From the NCBI GenBank assembly GCA_040285825.1, contig JAUPSS010000004.1, positions 124,001 to 188,000 on the forward strand: a stretch of DNA of 64,000 nt, given 5' to 3'. A program made the position numbers and the translations under genes. Position 1 is the first letter of the stretch; the number at the start of each line of letters is the position of its first letter. Positions 12,414 through 25,100 of this stretch are shown one piece after another. The DNA is from Eukaryota sp. TZLM1-RC. Taxonomy: Eukaryota > Protista > Metamonada: BaSk clade. The notes under the pieces were generated by a model. It was not told the origin of the DNA and ran no database searches. It worked only from the letters and a program-made list of their open reading frames with translations.

Positions 12414-13051
12414 TGCAGTTACCTGATGATCTACAAGCTTGTATCTCTCACGCTCCTTTGTTATTCCATGCTACACATGATGTTGATAAACTCAGAGTTC
12501 TTGTTGCAGACATTAACCTTTCAATAGATACATCTATATCAAATTCAATCACACCTTTTATGTTTGCAGTGTTGAAGCAACGCTTTGAAGCTGCTTCATT
12601 ACTCCTACAATATGGAGCCAACCCTTCCCATCGAGATGTTAATGGTAGGTCTGTTCTGCATCTCTCTGCATATCACAATATTATTCCCTCTATAGAATAC
12701 TGTCTTTCTTTAGGTATTTTTGTAGACTTTGTCGATCATTTTTCTCAAACAGCTCTTCATCTTGCTACCCTAGCCGGTAATGTCAATGCCGCTTTATTGC
12801 TACTTTCCCATAATGCCAGTCCCTCTCTACGTGATTCTTATGGTATGACACCTTACCTTTATGCAGTCGAACACCAATGCCATGAACTACTTGACGTTTT
12901 GCCTCCAGATAGTTTCTCTTTGGAGGGGTTTCTTGAGGAACGGACACAAACTCTTTCGTCAATACCCCTTGTTAAGGCTAAATATAGTGGGAAAAAGAAG
13001 GGTAAAAAGAGCAAAAAAGGGAAAAAAGGAAAGAAAGTTAAAAAGAAGTAG
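12413..13051 (+). CDS. Ankyrin-repeat protein with lysine-rich C-terminal tail
   Basis: TPFMFAV..LLLQYGANP..D.NGRSVLHLSA, QTALHLA..GN..LLL.HNA..D.YGMTP; ends KKKGKKSKKGKKGKKVKKK. Confidence 0.85.
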   Translation: MQLPDDLQACISHAPLLFHATHDVDKLRVLVADINLSIDTSISNSITPFMFAVLKQRFEAASLLLQYGANPSHRDVNGRSVLHLSAYHNIIPSIEYCLSLGIFVDFVDHFSQTALHLATLAGNVNAALLLLSHNASPSLRDSYGMTPYLYAVEHQCHELLDVLPPDSFSLEGFLEERTQTLSSIPLVKAKYSGKKKGKKSKKGKKGKKVKKK

Positions 13052-13883
13052 ATCTTTTAATTATTGTATTCAATTGTTGTTTTGCATTGTAAATTGTTCA
13101 CTAAATCTTTTTATAAAATTATTTTCACGGTTTTATTTATTATTTCAATTTAATATTCTTTTTGTAGTCTTTGAACTATAGGAATTTGGGTATAATAAAC
13201 AAAACCATTAATCTTGATCACTACCGACGATCCGTTTGGTTACTTTTCTTTCTTGTGTTTCTGCATGTTTCTCATAAATGTACAATCAATTGTTGTTTTT
13301 TGTGTTGTTTAACTTATAATTATTTAAAAATCAAAACTTAACTTTTGTCTATATTTAGCACTAATTTATACATTTATTAAGTTGAATCCTACAAACAATG
13401 GTTCAATAATCATCATTTAGATGATGGGCAAATACAAATAGTTGAAGTATTCTATTCGACTTCAACTGATGTAAATAATGTACCTCGAATCAGCTTGAAG
13501 TGGACATAAGTACAGAGATTTTCCGATCCTGCGACGTTATTAACGTATATCATTTCAGTGCATCAGAAAGTGTGTGTGAGGTTTGTATGTCTGATAAGGG
13601 TAAGCAGCCAAGATCTTCAGTCCTTGGAACCTCTTCATCTTACGTAACATGAATCACTGAATTTGTGTGTATGTAGAGGAAAACTAAACTCTCGCACAAC
13701 GACAGTAATTGGTCAAATGGCAAAGCTGTGGCAGATGTATGCTTATGTTGACGAATGTTGAATCTAACAAGATGGAAAATAGGAGGGTGAGAACCCCACT
13801 CAAAACACCTCAAAAATGGAAAACTTGCTTTGTCAAGAAGTTGATTTTCAACTTTTCATATCGAATCTTACCTATCTTACCTA

Positions 13884-16800
13884 ATGCTACATCGAGGCGC
13901 ACTTAATGTAAATGATTCAGGAGTATATGCTGTTCTCGGCGATGGCACTGTGCTTTCGCTTCCCTCCCTAAATGTTCCACCAGAAGCCGATCCTCCCCCT
14001 TTGTATAACGAAGACTACCTCGAAGGCTCTGTTGTTACTGCTCCCGATTGTTATGTTATGGAGGAGTCTGATCTATACCGTACCTTTGCAGCTCACTCCG
14101 ATCTCTTCAAGAGCTCCTTAACTTTAATTTCCGAGTCATTTCAGATCCGATCCGACCCATGTATATATTCGGTCTTCCCTTCATCGCTTCACGCCACCAT
14201 CAAGACCGCTGTGAAAGTTCTCTCTGCCTTTTACGAGCCCGTTGATTCAAATTCCCTTTCCATACCGTTGTCCATTTCCATCACAGGGGGGCGAGTAGCG
14301 CTTCGCCCTCTTCACACCCTCTCCATCAACCTCACGTCATCCAGAGTCATAAATGCCTTGGCCAACGTTGAAATTCGTGACACACTCTCTGACCTTTTCT
14401 CCTCTTGCAATGTTTCCTCTTCATTTGCCAATCAGTTCTTTTCCCTGCTAGAGTCTTTGGATCACACCAAGAAAACACCTAATGACGCGTCATCGGATAT
14501 TTCTATTGTCAGTGTTTTGGGCACTCGTAATGGAAACAAATTTTCCCAAAAGGTTTCCAGTCTAGTCACTGATACGTGTCACTTTTTGGAGGTCACGTCA
14601 TCAGATGACGTTTACATTTCTGTAATGGAAAGTATAATCGGTTGTTTTTTGTCTAGCGTTTGTTCGTTTTTGATTGAAAATCTGGTAAAGAAGGATCAAA
14701 TTTATGATGATGTTTCTTTCCAAGTCAATGTTATTCCTCTTAATTATGATCCTTTTTACAAGAAATTCGTTGAATCTGCTGTTAGTAAGAGGACTGTATC
14801 CCAAGTATTGGTTGGTTTTGTCGAAAGCTCAAACCTGAATTTATCTGCTTATACGAAATTTTCAGCCCACCTACAGGAGCGATTCGAAATTTTGAACAAT
14901 CTGTCATCTATCTGTCCAACACAAAAGCCTCAATTGTATCGACTTGGTAAAAATTTGGTTGATCTTGACCACCTGTCACCTTTTGATCTCAAAATTTCAC
15001 CATTTGTTAGAGGAAGAACATTAGATATTGCTACATTGACTTTGAAAAATTTAGTTTCCCTCGATCATATTGAATCAATCAAAATCAATCATCGTCATTT
15101 GATTAAGCAATCATTTTTGACCCATATTGCCGAGACTATTCTTGACTGTGACGTTTCTGTCGTTATTCCTTCTTCTTCCTCAACAATTGATCTACACAAA
15201 GGTGTGCAATTAGGTAGTGGTAATATTTCTCAAGTTATGATGGAAGGAAAATCAATCAAAATGATTAAATCATCGGTATTCAATCAAACTGTTTCCCAAA
15301 TTGGAAAGTCTCCTCCATCTACACCAACTGGATCATTTTTTTCTTTAGGACCTGCTGCTCTACAAAACTTATCATTTGGCATTTCAGTTCCTAATATGAC
15401 ATCCACCCCTGTAGAATGTGCCACGTCATACCCTGTCAGCAATGAAGCTGACACTGACTTACTGGATAGTGAGGTTTGTTCTTACCAAACTCCAGCATCT
15501 ATTGCAACCTTTTCACCAAAGTCTTGTGTAGATCGTAAAAAACAGAAAAAACAAGAAGTTTTGCATAGAAGATTACAAAGTTATTTAGAAAGAAACCCAG
15601 ATTCTTTATTGGGAAAGCCTTTGTTTCAAGAAGGACAACTATCGGAAAGTCAGCCATTACCTAGGACCACGTCATCACCCCAAAGTGCCGCGTCATCAAG
15701 TCAATGTGCCACGTCATCGATCCCCGAACCATCTCACAGAAGATTTGCCTCTTTACCAGCTGGTTGTATTCTTGACGAAGCTGGAAGAGGTTTGAATTTT
15801 GGCTCAAATCTCGGTTCTATTCCCTTGTCAAGCACAAAAATTCCATCCGAAACAGTGGTGAATATTTCAAAATATATTAGAAAAGTTGTCAATGTAGATG
15901 AAAATTTGACTAAATATTTCGCCCAGTTTGCGAGTCAAGAACATGTTGATCTGTTGGTGAAGTTCACAAAATTTGGAATGCGCAATATTTCCTGTGTTGA
16001 TGTATTAAACTTAAAAAAGCTCAATCCGACTGTCATTGAGTCATTATTGTCTGGGGTTTCAAAAGCCTTTCCTGACACGTTAACCCCTTCTAATGGTCTT
16101 TTATTGGGGGTATTTGTTGCTTTGAGATCTATTTTCTCCCTTTATGATGATTCTATAACAAATAGTTATATCTCTCTATTTACTAATTCGGCTTGTAATT
16201 GCTCCAGGTGGTCAATGAATTTATTGTCCGAACAGTTAAAAACTGAGTTTGATATTGAATCTATCAATCATGGATACACATTGACTCAAAGGTTACCAAT
16301 GTCTAATAAGTCTGTAGATGAGATTGTTGCCGTCACTATTTTATTTACTGAATCTGTTTCTATTTTGCCTAAATTCAGGGACTTGTATTCGGTATTAAAA
16401 GAATATCCTAGGTTTTTGTATAGGTGGTTATCGTCTTTGGCGGAATTGGCCTTTTGTGTCCGCCAATTGAACCCTGAAACTTGTTGTTTTTTCGAAGATG
16501 TTTTGAATATTTTAACACTGGGATGTACTGCTTTGGCTGGTATTTTTGCCAAAATGAAACGTCATTCAGTTTTCCTTGTTGATTCTAGCCTTTTGACTGT
16601 ATTTACTGAGTATGTTCTCAGTCTAAAGTCTCCCAAAGTCATGAATGCCACTTCATCATTACTCAGCAGCATCAGTCGTCATTTCAGGGAAATATTTTGG
16701 AAGTCAAGGGTACTACCACTTTTGGTTCAATACCTTCCTTTTGCTGGAGATTCTGTTCAATGGTATTTTTCTAATATTCTTTCCATTGTCCAGCATTTAC

Positions 16801-17180
16801 AATCACCATTTAAACTCTCCACTTCGGCCTTAACTGTTTGCTGTGAATCCGGTATGGGGGCTGCCTTGGTATTATCTTTGTTGAGAGGTTCTGAAAATCA
16901 GCGGTTCAAAACAATACGTTGCTTATTTGCATTAGCTGGTCTCCAAGCAAATAGGTCACATAAGAGTAATTTAATTCGTCTGGTTCAAGACATTATGCAT
17001 CTGTTACGTCCCTTGTTTGTTGATCCATTGTTTGATCTTTTCAGTACTAATTCTGAAATATTCAGTACTGAGCGGTTTACTAAAATGACTCGTCTTTTGT
17101 CAGATGCTATTGGTAGTAATCCAAGGATTGTAGGAGAAATTGTGGAGAAAGCGGAAAATTTATTAGGGCTCACACCTTAA
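13884..17180 (+). CDS. Hypothetical protein (1098 aa), possibly with a helical-repeat C-terminus
   Basis: Long uninterrupted ORF with a Ser/Pro-rich linker; no family recognised. Confidence 0.75.
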   Translation: MLHRGALNVNDSGVYAVLGDGTVLSLPSLNVPPEADPPPLYNEDYLEGSVVTAPDCYVMEESDLYRTFAAHSDLFKSSLTLISESFQIRSDPCIYSVFPSSLHATIKTAVKVLSAFYEPVDSNSLSIPLSISITGGRVALRPLHTLSINLTSSRVINALANVEIRDTLSDLFSSCNVSSSFANQFFSLLESLDHTKKTPNDASSDISIVSVLGTRNGNKFSQKVSSLVTDTCHFLEVTSSDDVYISVMESIIGCFLSSVCSFLIENLVKKDQIYDDVSFQVNVIPLNYDPFYKKFVESAVSKRTVSQVLVGFVESSNLNLSAYTKFSAHLQERFEILNNLSSICPTQKPQLYRLGKNLVDLDHLSPFDLKISPFVRGRTLDIATLTLKNLVSLDHIESIKINHRHLIKQSFLTHIAETILDCDVSVVIPSSSSTIDLHKGVQLGSGNISQVMMEGKSIKMIKSSVFNQTVSQIGKSPPSTPTGSFFSLGPAALQNLSFGISVPNMTSTPVECATSYPVSNEADTDLLDSEVCSYQTPASIATFSPKSCVDRKKQKKQEVLHRRLQSYLERNPDSLLGKPLFQEGQLSESQPLPRTTSSPQSAASSSQCATSSIPEPSHRRFASLPAGCILDEAGRGLNFGSNLGSIPLSSTKIPSETVVNISKYIRKVVNVDENLTKYFAQFASQEHVDLLVKFTKFGMRNISCVDVLNLKKLNPTVIESLLSGVSKAFPDTLTPSNGLLLGVFVALRSIFSLYDDSITNSYISLFTNSACNCSRWSMNLLSEQLKTEFDIESINHGYTLTQRLPMSNKSVDEIVAVTILFTESVSILPKFRDLYSVLKEYPRFLYRWLSSLAELAFCVRQLNPETCCFFEDVLNILTLGCTALAGIFAKMKRHSVFLVDSSLLTVFTEYVLSLKSPKVMNATSSLLSSISRHFREIFWKSRVLPLLVQYLPFAGDSVQWYFSNILSIVQHLQSPFKLSTSALTVCCESGMGAALVLSLLRGSENQRFKTIRCLFALAGLQANRSHKSNLIRLVQDIMHLLRPLFVDPLFDLFSTNSEIFSTERFTKMTRLLSDAIGSNPRIVGEIVEKAENLLGLTP

Positions 17181-17886
17181 CCTTGTAACATAATTTTTTT
17201 TGTAATTTTTTGTTTTGTAAAATTGTTTTAAATTAAATAGTTTGTCAGATATTATGAAATATACTTGAATCAACTAAGAACAAGATTCATTGTTACAAAA
17301 CAGGGCAGTTGCAGAATTAATTTCGAAATGCTGAAAGTTTAATAATAATCAAAATAAATAAAATTGTTGTTGTAAAATGACAATCACAACAATCTTCTTG
17401 TTCAATTTCACACCACAACAGTGAAGGCTTCAAGATAAGTCAAAACATTGAGTTGTGTAGATTTTGTTGTGGTTACACCACCATTGTGGAAGTTTATATT
17501 TTTCTTCTTATTTTTACATTATCATTATCAGAATCACAAGCATTTTGAAATTGTTGAAACAAGTTCATTCCAAAGTTCAAGAACCAGGAAAAGAGAACAT
17601 TCATTTTATTTGTTCTTGTCATTCTCTTGTTTTTTCTGGGACTTTTGATGTAAGTTGTGCTTTGCTAGATTGTTTTGATGACTCTTGTTGTGTTACACTA
17701 GTTTGAATATAGTGTTAGAGTCACCACCCTCATTTTGTACACATAAATTGTGAGCATCCTTACACAAAAAGAATATAGTGCGACCTTATTGTGGTATTCC
17801 TTACATTGGGGAATCACAAATTGTTAGTGTCGCTGTAACCAATCAATTCAAAAAGAAATTGAATATCCGCCAAACCCAATTTCCAA

Positions 17887-20657
17887 TGTTCTCTCCTGTA
17901 AGAAGGCCAGCAGTGGCCGACTTCCAACAACCACAAGTCTCTAGAACTTCTGATGAGTTCACAAATGTACAATATCGCTTGAGTTCTGGTCTTCGTTCTT
18001 TTACTGCAAGTATAAACAAAGTCTTCAATGTCACCAATCCACAGTTGACATCTCGCTTCGAAAAGTTCTCTGAAGGTAAGCTTGTCCTGGACACATGGGT
18101 TGACACTTCTCTTCTGGAAGGAGAAAACTCCATCAATGACATCTTACACCAAGGTTTCTCCCTTCCCCAACCGGGAATGAGATTCACCACAGGTGGGATT
18201 CTTCTTCCCAACTCCTCTGGCAATCGTCGCTATGAATTCCTTCTCTGTAAGCTTGCTGTAGGGCGCTCTTTTGTTGCCCAGGACAAGTCCATCAGACCAG
18301 TTCCTGCAGGATATGATTCCCTCCTCTTCCCTTCTCCTTCATACGGTGATCTCTCCACCATTCAATCCCTGGAGTCATGGAAAGATACCCCTTCTAGACT
18401 AGAAGACCTTCATCGCGAAAGACTAGCCGAATACCTTATCCCAGATTCTGACCAAGTCCTTCCCTGCTATCTCGTCCAGTTCGACTTTGACCCCTCCAAT
18501 GTAGGCAGAGCCCCTGAACTGGTCTGTGATGTCTGCGAACAACGTCCAGCAGTTGTGTTCTGCCATCACGATGATGCTCGTCTCTGTGGTTCTTGTGACC
18601 AACAAGTCCACTCTGCAAACAAGATTGTTTCCCGACATCACAGGGTTCCCGTGTCGGAACAACCCCAGGGTTTTGGTTCTTGTCTTAAACATGAAGATAT
18701 GGCCTTGGAGTTTTTTTGTCCAGTGTGCTTTATCCCAATCTGTGTCCATTGTAAAATGATTGGTTCTCATTCTTCTGGTGAATGTGCAGGCCATAAACTT
18801 ATTCCCATAAGCGAAGCTTATAAAAAGGCAGTAGATAGTTGTAAGTCGGCCGATCTCCCAGTTCTTGACAATCGGAAACAAACCATTAGATCTCAGTTAC
18901 GTTCGCTTGAAGAGAGGAGAAGGGAAGTTGAAGCTAATACAAGATCTGTTGAAGAGAATGTTTATAGCATTATGCAACAGTTGCTAGACAATCTGAAAAC
19001 CTTATCTGATGCAAAGTATTTATCTATCGTTTCAGAAGCTTTGGAGTTGAGAAGACAGTTGGTTGAAGTGGAAAGTTCTGAAATGTTTATCAAACAAGCC
19101 CAATCTTATTTACCACCCACTGAGTTCCTCAAGGCTTTTGCCAGTCATAAGCAGCTACGAGAAGAATTCTCACGACTTCCTTTTGTTAAGAATGATGTTG
19201 ATGTTGTTGCTGACTTGGCAGTCACGGGAAGTCTTGCTATTTCGGCCGGTCAAGAACCATCAGTTGCCTCTAGTAATCCATTGTTTAATCCCGGACCTTC
19301 ATCTAATTTAAGAGCACAGTTATTAAAGGGAAGTAAGCTTGCTTCATTGGTTAATAATCAATCAAATCAAGGTCAAAATATGACGTCATCAACGGGTCAA
19401 AATATGATGTCTCCTATGGGTCAAAATGTTGCTCCTCAAGGTCAAAATATGACGTCATCAATGGGTCAGAATGTTGCCCCTCAAGGTCAAAATATGACGT
19501 CATTAATGGGTCAGAATGTTGCTCATCAAGGTCAAAATATCACGTCATCAATGGGTCAGAATGTTGCCCCTCAAGGTCAAAATATGACGTCATTAATGGG
19601 TCAGAATGTTGCTCATCAAGGTCAAAATATCACGTCATCAATGGGTCAAAATGTTGCTCCTCAAAGTCAAAATATGACGTCATCAATGGGTCAAAATGTT
19701 GCTCCTCAAAGTCAAAATATGACGTCATCAATGAGTTCTTTTATGAGCCCCCACTCTTCCAATTTTGACCCTCTACCTTCTCCTTCTTTTGCTTCCCCTC
19801 ATTTTAGTGAACCTAGATCTCAAACTGTTGTTAAGAGCGCCAAGCCCCAAGACCTTTGGAAGCAACATCTGAAACAATCCAAAACTAGGAGTGAACAATT
19901 ACCCCAACCAAATCTCCAACCACCAAACCCCCCCGAATTAAGTGAAAGTTTGACTGGCGAAGGAATTGGAAATGAAGCTAATAGCCCAATTGTTAATGAA
20001 CAAGGTCAATTAAGCTCATCAATTGAGTCTTTTGTTTTGTCTAACCAGCAATTCTTATCAAAAGAAGCTCAAAAAAAGGTGTCAGAAATTAAGTCAATGG
20101 GATTCAAGTTGACCAATGTTCCCCCTTTTGCAGAGTCTAGAATCCTCCAAGATCTGCCCAAAGAAGCTGCGTTCAATCTATATTACACTCTTCCTTTTGT
20201 CGATCAGCCAGCCACTAAATTGTTTTTCTCTACTGATACCCACCATCGTTCAATCACTACTCTCCATGCTCTTTGTGATTCAAATGGACCTACAGTTGTT
20301 CTAATCAAATATGGGGACTATGTTTTTGGTGGATATGCTGGTTCACCTTGGAATGTCAACCAAACGAGATTTGGGACACCAAAGTGCTTTTTGTTTTCTG
20401 TAACAAAAGATACTAAAATTCCCTATCATGGTAAAGGAAAACATAGCCGTTGTCTCTTTGGAAGTCCCAATTGTTTGGCTTTTGGTAATACTGATTTAGT
20501 TTTGGAAAATGATTTTCAGAATTGTAGCTCAAAATTAGAAAATTCTTATGGATTCGGTTTGACTCCTGGATCTCCTGAGTGTAGTTCGTATCTGGCTGGA
20601 CAAGAGCAGTTTGTTCCTGACATTGTAGAAGTTTGGGGTTTTGATTTTAGGCTGTAG
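17887..20657 (+). CDS. PARP/ART-like domain + two B-boxes + coiled coil + tandem repeat + TLDc domain protein
   Basis: LLCKLAVGRS..PAGYDSL..EYLI..QVLPCYLVQF (PARP-like fold); CDVC..C..DDARLC..CD..VH..H.R and C..H..LEFFC..C..PIC..C..H..H (B-boxes); CDSNGPTVVLIK..VFGGY..W..CFLFS..FG..DL..VEVWG (TLDc). ATG at 17887 assumed. Confidence 0.85.
19369..19733 (+). repeat. In-frame 45-bp coding minisatellite (GQNMTSSMGQNVAPQ), about 7-8 units
   Basis: Repeating GGTCAAAATATGACGTCATCAATGGGTCAGAATGTTGCCCCTCAA units seen directly. Confidence 0.95.
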
Positions 20658-21229
20658 GAGTGTAATTTTATTAATTAATAAATGAGTAATTTAATTGAAC
20701 TTTTTCGTTGTTTTTTCTACAGTTTCTTACTTTTTACCTATTAATTAATTGTTTTTAAAGCAAGTCAATGCAGATAAAGAAGCTTGAATCTTATACCCTT
20801 GCTTGTTGATAAAGCAATGGGTAAATAATTCTTTTTTTCTTGTAATAAACAGCAAAAAATCCATCTGTGAAGTTGGATATTTAAACCAGATTTTCTTTAG
20901 CCAGCGTATAGGTGATAAGAATTGACAACACCAAATTCCACTTGGTGAGGAATGGTATTATCAACTCAAGGTGATGGTAACAAAACTGATGAAGCTCCGT
21001 TTGATCTATTCGTGGGGTTTTCAAAATAACATGTTTTTAATTAATGATAATGGTTACTTGAGTTGTTTGATGGTTACAGCTTAAATATTTAAGCCTCCTG
21101 TCCCACGAATTTAGAGCTATTAGTCCAGAACAGTATATGGTAAATAACGAATGTGTTTGACATCTGGTTTTACGTATCCATTTGTTTGTCTATTTGAGGA
21201 GTTGATTGTGAATGTTGTCTGGTTGATAA

Positions 21230-21340
21230 TAAATTTTATTATAGATTATTATTATTTATATTTTAATATATATTATTATTATTTATATTTTATTATATAT
21301 TTTATTTTTTTTATTAATTTTATTTATTATTATTATGGAG
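21230..21340. repeat. AT-rich low-complexity (TAT/TTA)n tract
   Basis: Almost pure A/T tract with TTA repeats. Confidence 0.7.
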
Positions 21341-21539
21341 TGACAACATACAGCTAAAAACTACAACTTATAAGAACAAAAATTCTCCACATCTACCCTT
21401 ACCCTTCTATATAACTTTTTGAATATCTGAGACAAGTATTTGGGAAAGCTTCGAAACAAAGCAAAGATGATTCTATTACGCCAAATGGAAATGTTAAATA
21501 ATCTGTTACGTTCAAGCCATAACTTGGCAAAAGAATTAA

Positions 21540-21880
21540 GAAACTTTTGACCTATCTTACCAATACTTCCAAAAATCGAAATTGCAAACGGAATGAAGAC
21601 AAAAGAGAGTATAAATTTTGATTAAGATTCCTCATAACTTCATCATACAACTGATTCTTACGTGCCTCCGCCTGACACAGATGCGAATTTTCATCATTAA
21701 AAACTGAAGACAAGTACACTTTTGCACAAAGGTCAACGGTAGTAAAATCAACAACCGCCTGAGATGAGTTAGTAAAGGGTACAATCAAATTTCCACGACG
21801 ACAGTTGAAAATATCGTTATCACTGTAGTGTTTCAGAACATATATTTTATTTATTTTATTGACGGAGAAGCTCAAATTTT
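21540..21880 (-). mobile_element. CRE-like retroelement RLE fragment
   Basis: RRGNLIVPFTNSSQAVVDFTTVD..HLCQAEARKNQLY, similar to 10340-10520. Confidence 0.7.
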
Positions 21881-21964
21881 CTGAACGTCAGCGATTACTC
21901 TTGTCTTGTAATGTGATGAAGGTCCAACAAATTGGTTTGGGAAAACTTCAATCTTGTTGTCCCA

Positions 21965-22120
21965 CAGTGCAATAGAGACATCAAGACTCTTTGATGCTTT
22001 GCTGTCTCTTGGATCTTACTATGAGAGAGTTGCATCTAGTGTTTTTGTTTTGGGAGAGATGGTTTTTTTAGATGTTGATTTATAGGTTTTGAACAAAATT
22101 AAAATTAAATAAAAAAAGAC
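21965..22120 (+). mobile_element. 3' end fragment of a CRE-like retroelement
   Basis: FDALLSLGSYYERVASS..DVDL* followed by an A-rich tail; matches 5222-5325. Confidence 0.6.
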
Positions 22121-22176
22121 TCTTTGAAAAAGTTTTATTTGACCTTCATCTTGATTTGATTGATTTAGGGCTGGTG

Positions 22177-25100
22177 ATGGTGTCTTGCACTCGTAGTGCT
22201 TGCTTCATCTTGCTCTTACTTCTGTTAACACTTGTAGGTGGCAGCGACGTCTACCTGAAGGAATCCCTCAATCCAGACGAACTTCTTACTTGGTCATCTA
22301 ATAACATATGGAAACCTTTTCCCCCTTCCTCTGAATCTATAGTCTATCTTTCTGGTGGTTTTTCCATCATCGTCTTTGATGAAGTCACTATACATTCTCT
22401 TCACCTCGATAATGTTACCATGGTTGTTGACTGTTCGTTTACCATTCTTGGTAGTACTGTACTAAAAGGCGCTGTCATTCAGTCTCTCACTAAATCCCCT
22501 GAATTCTTTACCAGTACCAACCTAACATTACTTGGAACTTCCCTTTTGAAATCACTCAACCTTTCGGTTCTCCATTCAGCAGAGTTAATAGAGGGAGACC
22601 TTAACCTTGACAATTCTCAACTCTTAATAGCCAGGGAAGCTGTCCTAGCAGTCAAGCCAATCTTTTCCCTTGTAGCATGGGGGGATGGAGATAGTGGTAA
22701 AACTGGCACTGGGATAGTTGGCGTTCATGGAATGCTACCTATCAAAACAGAAGAAGAGCTTACAGGCATTGCAGCTGGTCAAATACATTCTCTGGGCTTC
22801 ACTAGTGAAGGAGATGTGTTTATTTGGGGTAATAATAACTTTAATTTACTGGGACTGGGAAGGTTTGGCCATGTTTTCACCCCCACAAAGGTGCCTGATA
22901 TTTCTGATGTAGTCCAGGTCTCGGCTGGAGCTTATTTCTCTCTTGCAAGGGGTAAATATGGTGACGTTTACTCCTGGGGTAGGGGTGCTGATGGCCGCCT
23001 GGGGCATGGTGATGATCGTGATCAACGTTCACCAAAAAAGATTGATTCTCTTTCAAATGTAATAGACATTTCTGCTGGAAGGGTTCATGGTCTCGCCCTA
23101 TTGGAATCTGGGGAAGTTAAGGTTTGGGGGTATAACTTCTTTGGACAATTAGGACTCGGAGAAGGTTCTGCAGATCGTGTGTACTCCCCGGTATCAAATG
23201 GTCTTTCTTCTATCAGGAAAGTGTTGGGTTGTCATGATTATTCTTTAGTTATTGATGAATTTGACAGGCTTAGAGCTGCTGGGCTCAACAATGATGGTCA
23301 ACTGTGCATTGGAAATAATAACGATCATTTTACCTTTGAATATATTCATAGCTACGATACCTACGCAGTTGTTCATGCAAGTTGCTCTGTTTTTACAATA
23401 TTTTCTACTAATGAGAACGCTTTTGTTTGTGGTTCTGTTAATAGAGGATATCAAATTAGATTTGACATTAAGAATGTTGTTAAAGTCTTTGCTGGTAATG
23501 ATGTGGCCTATTTTCTTACCTTTGATGGACTTCTTTTTAAATATGACTTTGTGGACACTATTTTAACACCAATAGACTCTTTGCTTGCTGATGATCTCTC
23601 TGCAGGAGATGTACATTTTTTAGGAAATTTGTCAATATCACCTTCAATTATTTCAAACGATGGTAATTCAATAGTAAAAGTTGATGGTGTTTTTGAAACT
23701 CATTTTTCAGGAATTTTTATTCTAAACGTACCCTTAATTATTACTTCTGGTGGAAAGCTACAAAGTTTCAGTGGTGGTATCTATTTTCAAAAATTAGTCG
23801 AGAATTTGGGTTCAATTTTAACATTTTCATCATTAAAAGTATCTTTTTTTGCGAACCTAGATTTGATTGGAGGAATAGTGTATGCAGAATCACCAATTGT
23901 TCTTCACAAAACGGCGGTTCTACAAGGTTTTGGTTTAATTAATGGGAATTTCCAACAATATGGTGCATTACTCCTGACAGGAGACATGGATTTTATTCAA
24001 AATTTAGAAGTTTTTGATAATTCAATAATTAAATTTGAATCTTTTTCTGAACCTCCCCCATCACTTTTTGTAAAAGGAAAAGCCATTTTACATTATGTTG
24101 ATATTCAATCTGAAGATTTGGTCGGAAATTTTACCGCTGTTGATCTTGATTTAATTGGCGATGTTTACCTCAGCTCAATTTGGCTAAGTATTGTTGGTAA
24201 TGGTAAACTTTTGTCTGGAAATTTACATTTAACTAATTCAAAAGTAATTATTGAAGATTCTGGCAGTGTCAGTGTTGACTCAATTCTTAATCCTGTTCTT
24301 ATGGCTTGGGGAGATGGTGGTAATGGTAAAACTGGAACGGGTACTTTTGTAAACCACGAACCTTTACCAGTTATTACTGAAATGGAATTTGATACTTTAG
24401 CAGTTGGTTTTGATCATACATTAGCTCTAAATGCACATAGACAATTATACACCTGGGGTGCTAACAGTTTTGGGCAGCTTGGGGTTGGATATTCTTCGCC
24501 ATCTGGCGGTATTAATTGGATAAACACTTTCTATCAAATTGAACAGATTTCAGCTGGTAATCAATTTAGTTTGGCAAGAACTACACTTGGCCATGTCCTT
24601 TCTTGGGGTTCTGGCAGCTTTGGTAAGCTTGGACATGGTTCTAAAGATGATCTACACGAACCAACCATTGTAGCTTTATCTGCTGATCCTAGTGCTATTG
24701 ACATTTCAGCCGGGGATTCTCATTCTCTAGTCGTAGAAGCTCCAGCATCAGCAGGAGACTCTAATATTTTATGGTCTTGGGGCCATGCTGCTACTGGTGC
24801 TCTTGGAGGTGGATATATTGGAGTATACCGGTCAACTCCTGGAAAGTTTTATGGCCAGTTTTACAAGCAATCTGTCAAAAAAGTAATAGGATGTCCCTTT
24901 TTCTCTTTATTTATCACTGAGGAAGATCAACTTTTCGCCAGTGGTTCAAATGATCAAGGGCAACTCTGTGTGGGTGATACTAATAACAGATTTTCCCCAA
25001 CTGCCATTAATAGTGTTTCTTCTTTTAACGTTGTTTCCGCTGCTTGTGGTTCTGGTTATACTATTTTTGTTAACGATTTCGGCGAAGTCTTTAGTTGTGG

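Noticed and set aside
19369-19733. Regular repeat array as CRISPR
   Set aside because: No unique spacers; in-frame coding minisatellite in a eukaryotic gene.
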